From NCBI GenBank assembly GCA_965202625.1, contig CBDBBI010000010.1, positions 2,784,001 to 2,848,000 on the forward strand: 64,000 nucleotides of DNA, given 5' to 3'. Of the stretch, positions 47,861 through 58,931 are shown one piece after another (the stretch's first letter is position 1; every line of letters starts with the position of its first letter). The notes under the pieces are model-generated. The model ran no database searches and was not told the DNA's origin. It saw only the letters and a list, made by a program, of their open reading frames with translations. The translations under genes and the position numbers were made by a program. This DNA is from a bacterium. Lineage in GTDB: Bacteria; UBA8248.

Positions 47861-48880
47861 GTGGCTCTTTGGGTAGTGCGGGCGGGAAAAGACGGGGAGC
47901 GAGAGCAATTTGCGCTTGAGGAGAACGTCGTGGTGGTCGGATCGCCCATGATGTTGGATCTATCGGGTTTTGAGAAGGAGCAATTTTCTGAAATCTGGTC
48001 TGAAATTCATCCCGATGCCAGTCCAGGTACAATCGCGAGTTGGACGGGTCAGCTATGGCGGTTTGTTCGAGTGATCAAGGAGGGAGACATTGTCGCGTTG
48101 CCGTTGAAAACGCGCTCAGAGGTCGCGTTTGGACGAATTACGGGTACCTACCGATATGATTCCAACGCGCCTGATGGTGCGCGGCACCAGCGACCGGTCC
48201 AATGGATGAACACGAGTGTCGCCCGCATCAATATCGACCAGGACCTGCGGCGTTCTTTTGGTGGGTTAAAGACGGTATTCGCCGTCGCTCGGAACGATGC
48301 GGAGGCGCGGATCGAGTCTCTTCTCGAAGGCAAGTCGAAGTCCGCATTCGTTTCTCCACAAGAGGGCGAAGAAGAAGACGGAGATACAGTATCCTTTGAT
48401 ATGCATCGTGAGGCCGAAGACCAAATCATTGATTTCATCGGTCGGAATTTCAAAGGGCACGATTTCGCCCGTTTGGTTGCGGGGGTGTTGACGGCTCAGG
48501 GCTATAAAGTCCAAACCTCGCCGCCAGGGCCTGATGGAGGGGTCGACATCGTCGCGGGACGTGGGCCAATGGGCTTTGAAGCCCCACGCCTTTGCGTTCA
48601 AGTGAAATCCGGGGATGCGCAGGTGGGCGTAACGGTCTTGCGTGAACTTCAAGGCGTAATGAAAAATTATCGCGCCCAGCAAGGGCTGATCGTTTCTTGG
48701 AGTGGCTTCAAGCAGACCGTCTACAAGGAGGCGCGACAGTTATTTTTTGAGATGCGGTTGTGGGATCAATCTGCTCTCGTGAAAGCGATCCAGGAAGTCT
48801 ATGAAAAATTACCCGATCAACTACAGGCTGAGCTACCGCTCAAGCGGACTTGGTTGCTTGTTGGAGCAGAAGGTGCCTAG
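47861..48880 (+). CDS. Mrr-like (type IV) restriction endonuclease
   Basis: LWVVRAG N-terminus; GPDGGVDI...VQVK PD-(D/E)xK variant; AT-richer than flanks. Confidence 0.8.
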   Translation: MALWVVRAGKDGEREQFALEENVVVVGSPMMLDLSGFEKEQFSEIWSEIHPDASPGTIASWTGQLWRFVRVIKEGDIVALPLKTRSEVAFGRITGTYRYDSNAPDGARHQRPVQWMNTSVARINIDQDLRRSFGGLKTVFAVARNDAEARIESLLEGKSKSAFVSPQEGEEEDGDTVSFDMHREAEDQIIDFIGRNFKGHDFARLVAGVLTAQGYKVQTSPPGPDGGVDIVAGRGPMGFEAPRLCVQVKSGDAQVGVTVLRELQGVMKNYRAQQGLIVSWSGFKQTVYKEARQLFFEMRLWDQSALVKAIQEVYEKLPDQLQAELPLKRTWLLVGAEGA

Positions 48881-48910
48881 TTTTCGCTCTTCGGTTCTGG
48901 ACGAACTTCT

Positions 48911-49726
48911 TTAGGAAATCGTTTTTTTCAAAAACGCGCGCGTCGCGCGGATGAACGCATCGGGCGCGTCCATGAAAACGTGGTGATGCGCGTCCGGAAT
49001 CACGGCGATCTCGACTTCGGGAGCGTTCTGGCACACCCAGGCGAGGGAGTCTGCTTCCAGACGGTCGGAGAGTGCCCCCGCCACGAGCAGGGCGGGCGTT
49101 CGCACCCGAAGCCAGCCGGGACGCTGATCCGTCTCGGGCCGCCCTGCGTGAAAGCGCCTGTCCGCCTTCACCGTCCAGGTCCCGTCGTCGTTCTGCCGCA
49201 CGGAGTGGCGCGCGACGTGGGCGATGGTCTCGGAGTCCGCCTTGTCCGATGAGGGCAGGAGCCTGAATTTCTCCGCGAAGAGCGTCTGCGAGGGCCAGGG
49301 CCTGGCGGGCCTGTTTCCGAAGGCGCGCACCTCCGCCAGAATCTGGTCCGTGGTCTGGAGCGGAGAGTCCACGATGATGAGGCCCTCCACGTCGGGAGGC
49401 TGCCGGGCGAAGAGGTTGAGCGCGATGACGCCGCCCATTGAGTGTGCCAGCAGGTAGGGCTTTCTCCCGCTGGCCGCTTTGGCCCATTCCACCCAGCCGA
49501 CGAGGTCGTCCAGGAGCTCCTCAAAGGGATAGGCGCGCAGCCAGGGGCTGTCCCCATGTCCGCGATGGTCCGTCGCCACCGGCCGGAGCATGTCCTTGTA
49601 GTGCGGGGCGACGTGATCCCACCAGTGCGCGTGGGCCGCCGCGCCGTGCAGCATCAAGAGGATGGGGTTCGCCTCCCCCTCTCCCCCGTGATCCAGGGCG
49701 TGAAGCCGCACGCCGCCCCGTTCCAT
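48911..49726 (-). CDS. Alpha/beta hydrolase
   Basis: LHG, DHRGHGDS, AHSMGG, AHHH. Confidence 0.85.
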   Translation of the reverse strand: MERGGVRLHALDHGGEGEANPILLMLHGAAAHAHWWDHVAPHYKDMLRPVATDHRGHGDSPWLRAYPFEELLDDLVGWVEWAKAASGRKPYLLAHSMGGVIALNLFARQPPDVEGLIIVDSPLQTTDQILAEVRAFGNRPARPWPSQTLFAEKFRLLPSSDKADSETIAHVARHSVRQNDDGTWTVKADRRFHAGRPETDQRPGWLRVRTPALLVAGALSDRLEADSLAWVCQNAPEVEIAVIPDAHHHVFMDAPDAFIRATRAFLKKTIS

Positions 49727-49844
49727 GAATACGCTCCGCACGCCGTCCCTTTCAATGAATACGCTTCCGCACGCCGTCCCCGTTCAACGAATACGCTTCC
49801 GCAAGCCGTCCCGTTCAACGTTCCGCAAGCCGTCCCGTTCAATC
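49706..49844. repeat. Five degenerate 22-32 bp tandem units CCGCA(C/A)GCCGTCCCGTTCAA(...)
   Basis: Units start at 49706, 49736, 49767, 49799 and 49823; the first overlaps the hydrolase start. Confidence 0.8.
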
Positions 49845-50414
49845 AAGACGCTTTTTGATGCGGACGTCCGCTTTTGTCCCCCATTCCGCCGCGTCGTTCC
49901 ACGTCGTTCCGCATGGTTCCGCATCGTATTTTCGGCGAGAATCCATGATTGGCGCACAGATCGCAAGCCCCCTGCTCGTTTTGGAGAGGCGTTTCATGAT
50001 GGCTCACGACTTGACGCGGACTCTGGAGCCGGGCGTGACCGATTCCCTGGAAATCGAAGGGCGCGTTATCCACGCATCTTTGTAGAAATCGCATTCTTGC
50101 GGAGCCTCGCATCTTTTGAGATTTTCGCCGGAGGAAATGTTGCGACTGTCCGACCGTCTGAAAGCGGCGAGGACGCGGACGCCCTCGCCGCCATCTCGCT
50201 TGACGACCTGCTTTGAGTGCCTTTTTCAGCGTCCTTTCACGGCCTTTTTCCCCGGATGTTTCGCCTCGGAAAATTCGTTATTTTCCAGTCCATTCGCAAT
50301 AATTTTTGTGCGGCTACAACGTCTTCATCGCCGGTTGAGGAGGCGCGCGTGATGGGTGAGAGGCGCTCGGCTGGAGGAATTCCAGGGCGATCGTTTCTCT
50401 CCTGCGAGGATTTC

Positions 50415-50789
50415 CTACTCCTCACCCCTATCTTCGGGCGAGGACTCTGGCTGCGTTTCTCGCCCCTTCAGATAGGCGCCGTATTCATCCTGTGTGGTCT
50501 CGGGGCAAAGATCCGGGCCGCGCTTGTAGGCGGCTCTCGATATGAGGTGCGCGGCTACGGGGGCGGTCAAAAACAGGAAGAAAATAGCCAGAAACGCCTG
50601 GGTCGTGACGGTGGTGCTCTGAAAGATGAGGCTGGCGCCGAGGAGAATCCCGCCCATGCCGAAGGTCGTGGCCTTGGTGGCGGCGTGCATCCGGCAATAG
50701 ACGTCCGGAAGGCGCAGGAGCCCGACGCTGGCGACCAGCATGAAGAACGCGCCGATGAGCAGCAAGCCGCAGGCGATGAGGTCACTCAA
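50415..50789 (-). CDS. mrpG: Mrp Na+/H+ antiporter subunit G
   Basis: GLLRLPDVYCRMHAATK, TAPVAAH. Confidence 0.9.
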   Translation of the reverse strand: MSDLIACGLLLIGAFFMLVASVGLLRLPDVYCRMHAATKATTFGMGGILLGASLIFQSTTVTTQAFLAIFFLFLTAPVAAHLISRAAYKRGPDLCPETTQDEYGAYLKGRETQPESSPEDRGEE

Positions 50790-51051
50790 TGATTCTTCCC
50801 CTCTCCAAAAATTTCGCGTACACCGTCGTGCCCACGAAGCTCAGGATCGCCAGGGCGAGCACGGCGAGAATGAACAGATTGTTCCCCGTCTGGATTGCGT
50901 ATAGGGCGATGACGCCCAGCACGTTCGTGGCGATGGCGTCGGCCGCCACGACGCGATCGGACGCCGTGGGTCCCTTGATAAGGCGGATGAACGCCAGAAT
51001 CATCGAAAGGCCCAGCATGACCAGGCTGATCTGAACAGCCGTCCCGATCAT
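50782..51051 (-). CDS. mrpF: Mrp antiporter subunit F
   Basis: RLIKGPTASDRVVAAD. Confidence 0.9.
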   Translation of the reverse strand: MIGTAVQISLVMLGLSMILAFIRLIKGPTASDRVVAADAIATNVLGVIALYAIQTGNNLFILAVLALAILSFVGTTVYAKFLERGRIIE

Positions 51052-51521
51052 TCCACGGCTCCCACGATGGGATGCTCAAGCCCCTTCCGAATGCCCGCTA
51101 TCACCTCGTCGGGATGCTCGATGTCCAAAGTATGAACGAAGATCGTCTCACGATCGTCGGACACGTCCACGCTCAGCGTACCGGGGGTGAGGGTGATCGA
51201 GTTGGCCAGCATGGTCACTCCCAGCGGCGTCTTGCAAATCGTCCTGTAGGGGATAATGCCCGGGCGAATCGACGACCCGGGCGTCAGCACGATTTTCAGC
51301 ACCTGAAGGTTGGCGATGAGCAGCTCCCACAGGAAACTTCTCAGATACCTCAGATAGCTGCCGATGCGGAAAAAAGCTCTGTCCTGGTAGTAGGATTTTT
51401 TCAGAAAGCGGATGATGAGCACCGCCATGACCAAACCGACGAAAAAATGCCCGGGCGTGGCGCTTCCGTGCAGGAATATCCATATCGTGGCGATGGTGAA
51501 GGCGAGCGTGGCGAGCGGCAT
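51048..51521 (-). CDS. mrpE: Mrp antiporter subunit E
   Basis: LANSITLTPGTL. Confidence 0.9.
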   Translation of the reverse strand: MPLATLAFTIATIWIFLHGSATPGHFFVGLVMAVLIIRFLKKSYYQDRAFFRIGSYLRYLRSFLWELLIANLQVLKIVLTPGSSIRPGIIPYRTICKTPLGVTMLANSITLTPGTLSVDVSDDRETIFVHTLDIEHPDEVIAGIRKGLEHPIVGAVE

Positions 51522-51533
51522 ACGGCGTTCTCC

Positions 51534-53009
51534 CTATCCGGTTTCCCGCATGGCGGCGACGTAGAGCTCCGGCCGCGTGATCTGGGCGGCCACGAGTTGT
51601 GCCCATTCAAAGAGCCAGAAAGCGCCCAGGCCGAACAGAACCGCGAAGACGGAAAGGAAGGCGACGGCTCCGTATAGCCCCGCGCCGGCGGAGCCTATCT
51701 CGCCTCCGCCCGTCCCCCAGGCGTAGCGTTGGTAAGTCGTGAAGTTATAGTAAAGCGATATGATGCCGAATCCCAGAGCGACGCAGGTCGCGAGGGTCGC
51801 GCCTTGGGAGAACCCCGCCCGGAGCACGAAGAGTTTGGCGAAAAAGCCCGCGAACGGAGGAAAACCCGCGAGGGACAGAAACCCCACCAGCATCAAGAGG
51901 CTGGCGAAGGGCGCCTTGTCCATCATGCCGCCCATCTCCTCCAGGTCGACCGTGCCGGTGAGCTTCTGGTTGAGTCCCGCTCCCAGGAGCATCGCGCTTT
52001 TCAGATAGGCGTGGCCCACGAGGTAGAAGACCGCCGCCGCCAGTCCCGCCTGCGAAAGCAGGGCGACTCCGAAGGCGATGTAGCCGAGTTGGTTGATGGT
52101 GCTGTAGGCCAGGATGCGCTTGAGGCTCCTCTGGGGCAGGGTGCCGAGCGCGCCCATGGCGATGGTGCACAGGCACAGGACGATGAGTCCCGGCTGGAGC
52201 TTCAGGAACGCGGCCGGAAAGATGAGCGTGGCGCAACGGATGATGGCGTAGATGCCCACCTTCACGAGCACGCCCGCCAGAATGGCGCTTATGGGGGTGG
52301 GCGATATGGAATGCGCCGAGGGCAGCCACAGGTGCATGGGGAAGATCGCCGCCTTGACGCTGAATACGAATACGAAGATGAGGGCGGTCGCCGTGATGAG
52401 GGGCGTTGGCCCCAGGAGGCGGATCTTCTCGGCAAGGTCCGCCATGTTGACCGTGCCCACCTGGGCGTAGAGGAGGGAGACGCCGAGCAGGAAGAAGGCC
52501 GAGGCGATGAGGTTCAGGCAAGTGTATTTGAACGCCATCTCGAGCTGGTCGAGGTTGTAGTGGAAGCCGAGCAGCGCGTAGGTGGCCATGAGCATGACCT
52601 CAAAGAAGACGAACAGGTTGAACAAATCACCCGTGATGAAGCACCCCTGCATTCCCATGAGGAGGAAGTGCAGCAGCGGGTTGAAAGCCTCTTTTCGCTG
52701 CTCGTCCGAAAGATAGCTTCTGGCGAAGATGGCGCACGCCGCCACGATGGACGCGGAGAGGCACAGTAGAGTGGCGGTGAGCCTGTCGGCGGTCAGAATG
52801 ATGGCGTAGGGGAAGGGCCAAAGCCCCATCCTGTGGACGAATATTGTCCCGTCCGCCGTCGCGCTCAGGAGCGCGACCGCCAGAATGAGGTTCGCCAGCA
52901 GCGAGAGGACGCTCAGGGATTCCTGGAGGGCGCGGTTCTTGCGAATCCAGAAGAGCGCGATGCCCGTGGCGAGCGGCCAGATGGCGAACAGGGGGAGGAG
53001 GGCGTTCAT
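51534..53009 (-). CDS. mrpD: Mrp antiporter subunit D
   Basis: TGDLFNLFVFFEV, FPMHLWLP, KVGIY, LAYSTI; start reassigned to ATG 53009. Confidence 0.9.
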   Translation of the reverse strand: MNALLPLFAIWPLATGIALFWIRKNRALQESLSVLSLLANLILAVALLSATADGTIFVHRMGLWPFPYAIILTADRLTATLLCLSASIVAACAIFARSYLSDEQRKEAFNPLLHFLLMGMQGCFITGDLFNLFVFFEVMLMATYALLGFHYNLDQLEMAFKYTCLNLIASAFFLLGVSLLYAQVGTVNMADLAEKIRLLGPTPLITATALIFVFVFSVKAAIFPMHLWLPSAHSISPTPISAILAGVLVKVGIYAIIRCATLIFPAAFLKLQPGLIVLCLCTIAMGALGTLPQRSLKRILAYSTINQLGYIAFGVALLSQAGLAAAVFYLVGHAYLKSAMLLGAGLNQKLTGTVDLEEMGGMMDKAPFASLLMLVGFLSLAGFPPFAGFFAKLFVLRAGFSQGATLATCVALGFGIISLYYNFTTYQRYAWGTGGGEIGSAGAGLYGAVAFLSVFAVLFGLGAFWLFEWAQLVAAQITRPELYVAAMRETG

Positions 53010-53356
53010 CCTCTCAGCCTCCTGATCTCGTCGATGTCGTCGGTCTGGAACTTGCGGTAGGCGAAAAACGCCAGGACGAGCAGGAAGGCCGTCACCGCGA
53101 AACTGATGACGATGGCGGTCAGCACCATGGCCTGGGGCAGGGGGTCGACGTAGGCGAACGGATCGAGCGGGCCCCCTTCTTTGGGAACGATGGGCGCCTT
53201 GCCGTCTCCCACCCATCCGGAGGCGACGATCATCAGGTTCGCGGCGTGGCTGAGCACCGCCATGCCGAGCACGACCTGGATGATCTTGCGCTGCATGATG
53301 AGATAGGAAGCGACCGTGACCAGAACGCCTATCGTCATCGCCAGTATCCACAGCAC
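53006..53356 (-). CDS. mrpC: Mrp antiporter subunit C
   Basis: DPLPQAMVLTAIVI; GTG start 53356. Confidence 0.9.
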   Translation of the reverse strand: MLWILAMTIGVLVTVASYLIMQRKIIQVVLGMAVLSHAANLMIVASGWVGDGKAPIVPKEGGPLDPFAYVDPLPQAMVLTAIVISFAVTAFLLVLAFFAYRKFQTDDIDEIRRLRG

Positions 53357-53385
53357 TTTGTCGTCCCTCGCTCTATCGCTCTCGT

Positions 53386-53811
53386 TTATGAACCGGGCGC
53401 GTTTCGCCCGCACAGGTTGGTGAGAATGGACATCACCACCCCGACCACCACCCCGTATACCCCGACGTCGAACAGAAAGGCGGTGAACAGCTCCACCTGC
53501 CCGATGAAGGGCAGGGAGAAGTGGTATATCGCGCTTTTGAGATACGCCCCCTTGACGTAGCCCCAGGCGCCCGTGGCGGTGGAGAGCGCGAGCCCGCCCA
53601 GAAAGATGCGCTCGTAGGGCCAGTTGAACCGCCGCCAGCCCTCCTCGGCGTCCATCGCCACCCACTGGAGCACGATGCCCACGGACGTCATCAACCCCGC
53701 GATGAAGCCGCCCCCCGGCTGGTTGTGCCCGTAGATGAGCAGAAAAAAGGAGAAGAGCAGGGTGAGGTGCAAGACGATGGGGGCGGTCGTGCTCAGAATC
53801 AGTGATCCCAT
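53386..53811 (-). CDS. mrpB: Mrp antiporter subunit B
   Basis: [19 protein letters not shown]. Confidence 0.9.
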   Translation of the reverse strand: MGSLILSTTAPIVLHLTLLFSFFLLIYGHNQPGGGFIAGLMTSVGIVLQWVAMDAEEGWRRFNWPYERIFLGGLALSTATGAWGYVKGAYLKSAIYHFSLPFIGQVELFTAFLFDVGVYGVVVGVVMSILTNLCGRNAPGS

Positions 53812-56144
53812 TTGATCCCTCCCACGAGTCGCGTGATGGTGTAAATGGCGATGCCTGCGATGACCAGAACGGCGATTTCCCCCAGGGTGTCGTATGCGCG
53901 GTAATCGACGATGATCGCGTTGACCACGTTCTTGAATCCGGCCACCGGCCTGCTCGTGCGCATGAAGTAGTCCGCTATCGTTCTGAAGGCGTGCGCGTTC
54001 ATGGCGGCGGCCATGGCGAGCGTCGCGCATACGCCCAGTGCGATCGCGATGGCCCAGTCCCGCATTCTCCTGACGGGAGAGAGGCGGACGGGCCTCATCT
54101 CGGGCAGGTAGTAGAACACGAGCAGGAAGAGCACGACGGAGGCGGATTCGATCATGATCTGGGTGAGAGCCAAATCCGGCGCCTTGAGGAGGAGGTAGAG
54201 TCCCGAGATGGAATAGCCCATCGCGCCGAGGGCCAGAATCGCCGGAACCCTCCTTCGGAAGAGCGCGGTGGCGAGCGCCGCTCCCATGATCAGCAGCGCG
54301 ATCACGACGAGGAGAAACGAGGCGCCCTCGAATCCTTTGGGGAAGGCGTCTGCGCTCCATTCCATCGGCCAGACGACGAAGAGGACGCCGACGGCCGGCG
54401 CCGCCAACGTCCAGCGCATGTATCTTCTGAGGTTCCCGTCCTGGATGAGGAGGAGAATCTCCCAGGTGCCGTGGCGCAGCCAGCGGATGAAGGCGTCATA
54501 CGCCTTGTCAGGGGCGGGCGCGCGCTCCCACAGGCGGGCGGCGGCGTCGAGGACGGCACTCACGCAAGCGAAGCCCAGATAGAGCGCGACCCCCAGCGCC
54601 ATGGTGAGGATCGACATGAGCAAGGGCGCGTTCACCCCGTGCCAGAGTGCGAGGTGAAGTTCGACGCGCTCTCCGCCGCCCAGCGTCGCCGCGGCGGCCG
54701 GGGCCACGACGGCGTTTTCGATGAGGCCGGGCGCCAGGCCGAACAAAAGGGCGAGGAACGCCAAAACCGCAGGCGCGGCGAGCATCCCCCAGGGCGGGTC
54801 GTGGGGGCGTTTCGGCGTCTCGCCCTCGGCCGCTTGCCAGTAGGGCGCGCCCAGAAACCTCAAATGATAGAGCGCGGTGAACACGCCCGCGAGAACGGTG
54901 AGCCATGGCCAGAACCAGCCCCAGGCTCCAGGGCCTTCGGGGCGGAGGCTCGCCTCGTAGAGCATCTCCTTGGTGATGAAGCCGCCCAGGGGGGGGACGC
55001 CGATCAGGCTGAGGGCGGCGAGGAGCGCGAGAAGGTGGGTTCGGGGCATAAGTTTGCGCAGGTTTCCCAGAAGCCGCACGTCCCGGGTGCCCGCCTCGTG
55101 ATCGATGACGCCCACCGTCATGAACATCGCCGCCTTGGCGGCCGCGTGGTTGTAGAGGTGCAGGGTGGCGCCGACGATAGCCCCCTTCCCCCCGTAGCCC
55201 AGAAAGGTGACGATGAGGCCGAGTTGGCTGATCGTCCCGTATGCCAGAATCGCCTTCAGATCATGGGCGCGCAGAGAGAGCAGACCGCCGGCTATCATCG
55301 TGGTCATGCCGAGGCTCGTGACGACGTAGCCCCAGGCGGGGTGCGCGCCCAGAATCGGATAGAAGCGCGAGAGCAGATAGATGCCCGCCTTCACCATGGT
55401 GGCCGAGTGAAGAAAGGCGCTGATGGGCGTGGGCGCCTCCATGGCGTTCGGCAGCCAGATGTGAAAGGGCCACTGCGCGCTCTTGGTGGCGGCCCCGAGG
55501 ATGATCAGGATGAACACGCCGAGAGAGACTTTTTGGGCGATATCCGGAGTCAGAACGAGCTGCGAGAGCCGCCATTCGCCCGCCGCGTCGCCTAGGAGCA
55601 AAAAGCCCCCCAGCATGGCGAGACCCCCGCTTCCCGTGATGAGAATCGCCTTGGTCGCCCCGTAGTTCGATGCGTCCTTCTCCGACCAGAAGCCGATCAG
55701 GAAAAACGAGGTGATGCTCGTCAGCTCCCAGAATATGAACAGCGAGAGCAGGTGATCGGAGAGTACCGCCCCGAGCATCGACCCCATGAAGGCGACGAGA
55801 AAGCCGTAGTAGCGTCCGAGGGCTTCTTCCTCGTCGAGATACCAGTGGGAATACGCGATGATGAGGACGCCCATGCCCGCCACCAGAAAGCCCCACATGA
55901 GGCTCAGTCCGTCCACCATGAAGGAGATTTCCACCTCGCCCGCCGGCACCCAGGGGATGACGCGGGTGATGGTCTCCCCGCCGCCCGCCGCCCATTCGCC
56001 GTAAAGCCGATAGAGTGCCCACGCGCTGAGGAGGGGGGCCGCCATGGCGATCCACGCGGCGTTTTTCGGAAACCGCTTGATGAGGGAGGGAGCCATGAGG
56101 GCGACGAGGAATGGGAAGAATACGGCGATGAGGGTATTATCCAA
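53799..56144 (-). CDS. mrpA: Mrp antiporter subunit A
   Basis: [53 protein letters not shown]. Confidence 0.92.
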   Translation of the reverse strand: MDNTLIAVFFPFLVALMAPSLIKRFPKNAAWIAMAAPLLSAWALYRLYGEWAAGGGETITRVIPWVPAGEVEISFMVDGLSLMWGFLVAGMGVLIIAYSHWYLDEEEALGRYYGFLVAFMGSMLGAVLSDHLLSLFIFWELTSITSFFLIGFWSEKDASNYGATKAILITGSGGLAMLGGFLLLGDAAGEWRLSQLVLTPDIAQKVSLGVFILIILGAATKSAQWPFHIWLPNAMEAPTPISAFLHSATMVKAGIYLLSRFYPILGAHPAWGYVVTSLGMTTMIAGGLLSLRAHDLKAILAYGTISQLGLIVTFLGYGGKGAIVGATLHLYNHAAAKAAMFMTVGVIDHEAGTRDVRLLGNLRKLMPRTHLLALLAALSLIGVPPLGGFITKEMLYEASLRPEGPGAWGWFWPWLTVLAGVFTALYHLRFLGAPYWQAAEGETPKRPHDPPWGMLAAPAVLAFLALLFGLAPGLIENAVVAPAAAATLGGGERVELHLALWHGVNAPLLMSILTMALGVALYLGFACVSAVLDAAARLWERAPAPDKAYDAFIRWLRHGTWEILLLIQDGNLRRYMRWTLAAPAVGVLFVVWPMEWSADAFPKGFEGASFLLVVIALLIMGAALATALFRRRVPAILALGAMGYSISGLYLLLKAPDLALTQIMIESASVVLFLLVFYYLPEMRPVRLSPVRRMRDWAIAIALGVCATLAMAAAMNAHAFRTIADYFMRTSRPVAGFKNVVNAIIVDYRAYDTLGEIAVLVIAGIAIYTITRLVGGIKWDH

Positions 56145-56316
56145 AACCTGAGACCCCTCAAATGGTTTCCGGCTATCGAGACGTCAAATCGTCAAGTTGT
56201 CGGGTCGCCTGAAGCGGGCGCGGCGAAAATAATGGCATATTCGAGGGAATCGGACAACAAAACAACGATACGCGCGCGTGTGCTCGCGCTTTGACTGAAA
56301 ATGGAGGAGCGCCATC

Positions 56317-57090
56317 TTGAGCGAGACGACGACCTACCGCCTCTACGCCCTGTGCCAGGGCGCGCGCGATTGCGACGCCTCCTGGCTTCTTTACCTGAGC
56401 GAGTCGGGACGAACGAGACGGCTGCCCTATTTCTTCTGGCTTCTGGTGCCTGAGGATGGAGGCGCGCCCATTCTGGTGGACACCGGCTTCGGAGCGGAGG
56501 CCCAGCGCGCGCGAAATCCCCTCTATCAAGATTACCGCGCCCAGCGGAAGCTCCTCGCGCATTTCGGCGTAAAACCCTCCCAGGTCGAGACCCTCCTCGT
56601 CACCCACCTCCACTGGGATCATTTCGCATCGCCCCGCCTCTTCTCCTCCGCGCGCTTTTATCTGCAAAGGCGAGAACTTGCCTTCTGGCGAAGCGACGCG
56701 GCCCAGTATCACTTCATCAACCATTTTCTGGGCGACCTGCCCGAGGCCGAGAGGCTGCTGGAGGAGGGCCGCCTCGAGTTGGTGGACGAGGAGGCGGAGG
56801 TGGCCGACGGGCTGTGCCTCCACTGGGTGGGCGGACATACGCCCGGCCTGCAGATCGTCCGCTTCAGGACGAGGGAGGGCTGGGCGGTGCTGGCCGCCGA
56901 TGCGGCCTACGTCTACCGCAGTCTCGAATCCATGATTCCGCCGGGCATTCACGTGCACGTGGACGACGCCCTGCGCGCCCTCGACGCCGTGAAGTCCCTG
57001 GCCGATTCGCCCCGCCTCATCTTCGCCGGCCACGACGAGCGGGACTTGCGCAGAGAGGAGGTTTTTCCGGGGGTGAGGAGGTTGGCGTGA
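56317..57090 (+). CDS. N-acyl-homoserine lactonase-like metallo-beta-lactamase fold protein
   Basis: VDTG, THLHWDH, GHTPG, DA, GHD. Confidence 0.8.
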   Translation: MSETTTYRLYALCQGARDCDASWLLYLSESGRTRRLPYFFWLLVPEDGGAPILVDTGFGAEAQRARNPLYQDYRAQRKLLAHFGVKPSQVETLLVTHLHWDHFASPRLFSSARFYLQRRELAFWRSDAAQYHFINHFLGDLPEAERLLEEGRLELVDEEAEVADGLCLHWVGGHTPGLQIVRFRTREGWAVLAADAAYVYRSLESMIPPGIHVHVDDALRALDAVKSLADSPRLIFAGHDERDLRREEVFPGVRRLA

Positions 57091-57150
57091 TGGTCAATTC
57101 CGACCGAGAAGGGAGGGATTGCAAGGGCGGGCGTGGAGAAATGATCGACC

Positions 57151-57176
57151 GTAGGGGCGGACCCGTGTCCGTCCTT
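57151..57176 (+). repeat. GTAG-type REP-like palindrome
   Basis: GTAGGGGCGGAC-CCGT-GTCCGTCCTT. Confidence 0.5.
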
Positions 57177-57295
57177 GTCACCTGCCGTTTGGCTCGGTAT
57201 CTTGGCGGAATGCGAATAGGATGATTTCGTTTCGGAACCCTAAAGAACAAGGAGTGGCGGACGCCACGACGCTGTGATGCGATGCAAGGAACGAT

Positions 57296-58918
57296 ATGAC
57301 CGAGTTGAATTTCAAGGGTAAGGAATTTGTCTATAACCACCATCTCGCCGTGCCGTTCCATCCCCTGGAGCCGCACCCGGACAAGGGAATCGGTGAGGTG
57401 GCCCTGGACGGTAACCTGATCGTTCACGGCGACAATCTGAAAGCGCTGAAGGCGCTCATGCCGACGCACGCCGGAAAAATCAACTGCATCTACATCGACC
57501 CGCCCTACAACACCGGCAAAGAGGGCTGGTGCTACAACGACAACGTCAACTCCCCGATGATCAAGGAGTGGTTCTCCGAACAACCCGTCGACTCCGATGA
57601 CGGCCTCCGGCACGACAAGTGGTGCGCCATGATGTGGCCGAGACTGCGGTTGCTTCATGAGCTTCTTGCTGAGAACGGCGTGATTTTCATATCCATTGAC
57701 GACAACGAGCAACATCATTTGCGAATGATGATGGATGAGATTTTCGGGGAGGAGAATTTTGTCGAGACTTTTATTTGGAAAAAGAAGGGAGGCGCCAGTA
57801 ATACCGAAACGATAGTTGGCGATATTGTAGAAAACATCATAATGTTCGCCAAGGACATATCCAGCTTGGCAGTGAATCGAAGAGTCATTCAATCGGCCAA
57901 TTACCCGAATCGTGATAGCAGGGGATCTTTTCGGTTTCAATCACTTACTAAAACCGATGAGGGGATGTATAGGCGCGATACAATGAAGTTTGGGATTCCT
58001 GTCCCAGGCACTGGCGAACTTGCTTACCCTCCCCAAAAGCAGAGATGGACATCAGGGAAAGTAAATATGATGGATATGTTGCAGGCTGACTTACTCCACT
58101 TTGAGAGGTCGGATCACGGCTATACGGTGCGACGAAAAGATTATTTTAATGAAACTGACCCTCAAACCGGTGTGTACCTTAATCTGTTTCTTGAGTGTGG
58201 CAGTCTCAGGACGGCCAAGAACGAACTTACGCGCATTGAGTTCGGGCGTGAGGATTTTGACACACCCAAACCTACTACTTTGCTCACTCAGTTGCTCCGC
58301 ATCGCAACCGGCCCGGACTCTATCGTCCTGGACTCCTTCGCCGGATCGGGCACGACGGCCCACGCCGTGCTCGCATTGAATAAGGAAGACGGCGGCAATC
58401 GTAAATTCATTCTCGTGGAATGCGAAGACTACGCCGACAGCATCACCGCCGAGCGGGTGCGGCGGGTCATTAAAGGCGTCCCGAAGGCAAAGGACGAATC
58501 CCTGCGAGAAGGTCTGGGCGGTTCTTTCACATATTGCACTCTTGGGCGTCCGGTTGAGATGGACGCCATTCTCCGGGGCGAGTCTCTGCCCGCGTATGAT
58601 CAACTCGGCGCGCTGGTGTTTCACCTGGCGACGAACCGGCTGCTCGACCGGGAGGGTATCGATCAGGAGTCGAATTACCTCGGCGAAGCGGACGGGAGAC
58701 ACCTCTGGCTGATCTACCGGGACGATATTTGCTGGCTCAAATCGCCGGAGGCCGCCTTCACGCTTTCCTTCGCCCGTGAAATTGTCGAGAATAAGCGGCC
58801 AGGCGCGCATCATCTGGTGTTCGCGGCCGCGCGGTTCGTGTCGCAAAGGGTATTAACGCAAGAAAAATTGCAAGTCGAGTTCGCGCCCTTGCCCTTCGCG
58901 CTCTACCGCGTCGGGTAG
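57296..58918 (+). CDS. mod: Type III R-M methyltransferase (Mod)
   Basis: GDNLKALK, IYIDPPYNTG, FISIDDNE, TPKP, DSFAGSGTT. Confidence 0.9.
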   Translation: MTELNFKGKEFVYNHHLAVPFHPLEPHPDKGIGEVALDGNLIVHGDNLKALKALMPTHAGKINCIYIDPPYNTGKEGWCYNDNVNSPMIKEWFSEQPVDSDDGLRHDKWCAMMWPRLRLLHELLAENGVIFISIDDNEQHHLRMMMDEIFGEENFVETFIWKKKGGASNTETIVGDIVENIIMFAKDISSLAVNRRVIQSANYPNRDSRGSFRFQSLTKTDEGMYRRDTMKFGIPVPGTGELAYPPQKQRWTSGKVNMMDMLQADLLHFERSDHGYTVRRKDYFNETDPQTGVYLNLFLECGSLRTAKNELTRIEFGREDFDTPKPTTLLTQLLRIATGPDSIVLDSFAGSGTTAHAVLALNKEDGGNRKFILVECEDYADSITAERVRRVIKGVPKAKDESLREGLGGSFTYCTLGRPVEMDAILRGESLPAYDQLGALVFHLATNRLLDREGIDQESNYLGEADGRHLWLIYRDDICWLKSPEAAFTLSFAREIVENKRPGAHHLVFAAARFVSQRVLTQEKLQVEFAPLPFALYRVG

Positions 58919-58931
58919 GAGTGAAGGAACG

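Noticed and set aside
49706-49844. Mini CRISPR array
   Set aside because: Units are contiguous with no unique spacers, and there are no cas genes.
49850-50410. ORF fragments downstream of mrpG
   Set aside because: No family recognised; may be decayed sequence but cannot be supported.
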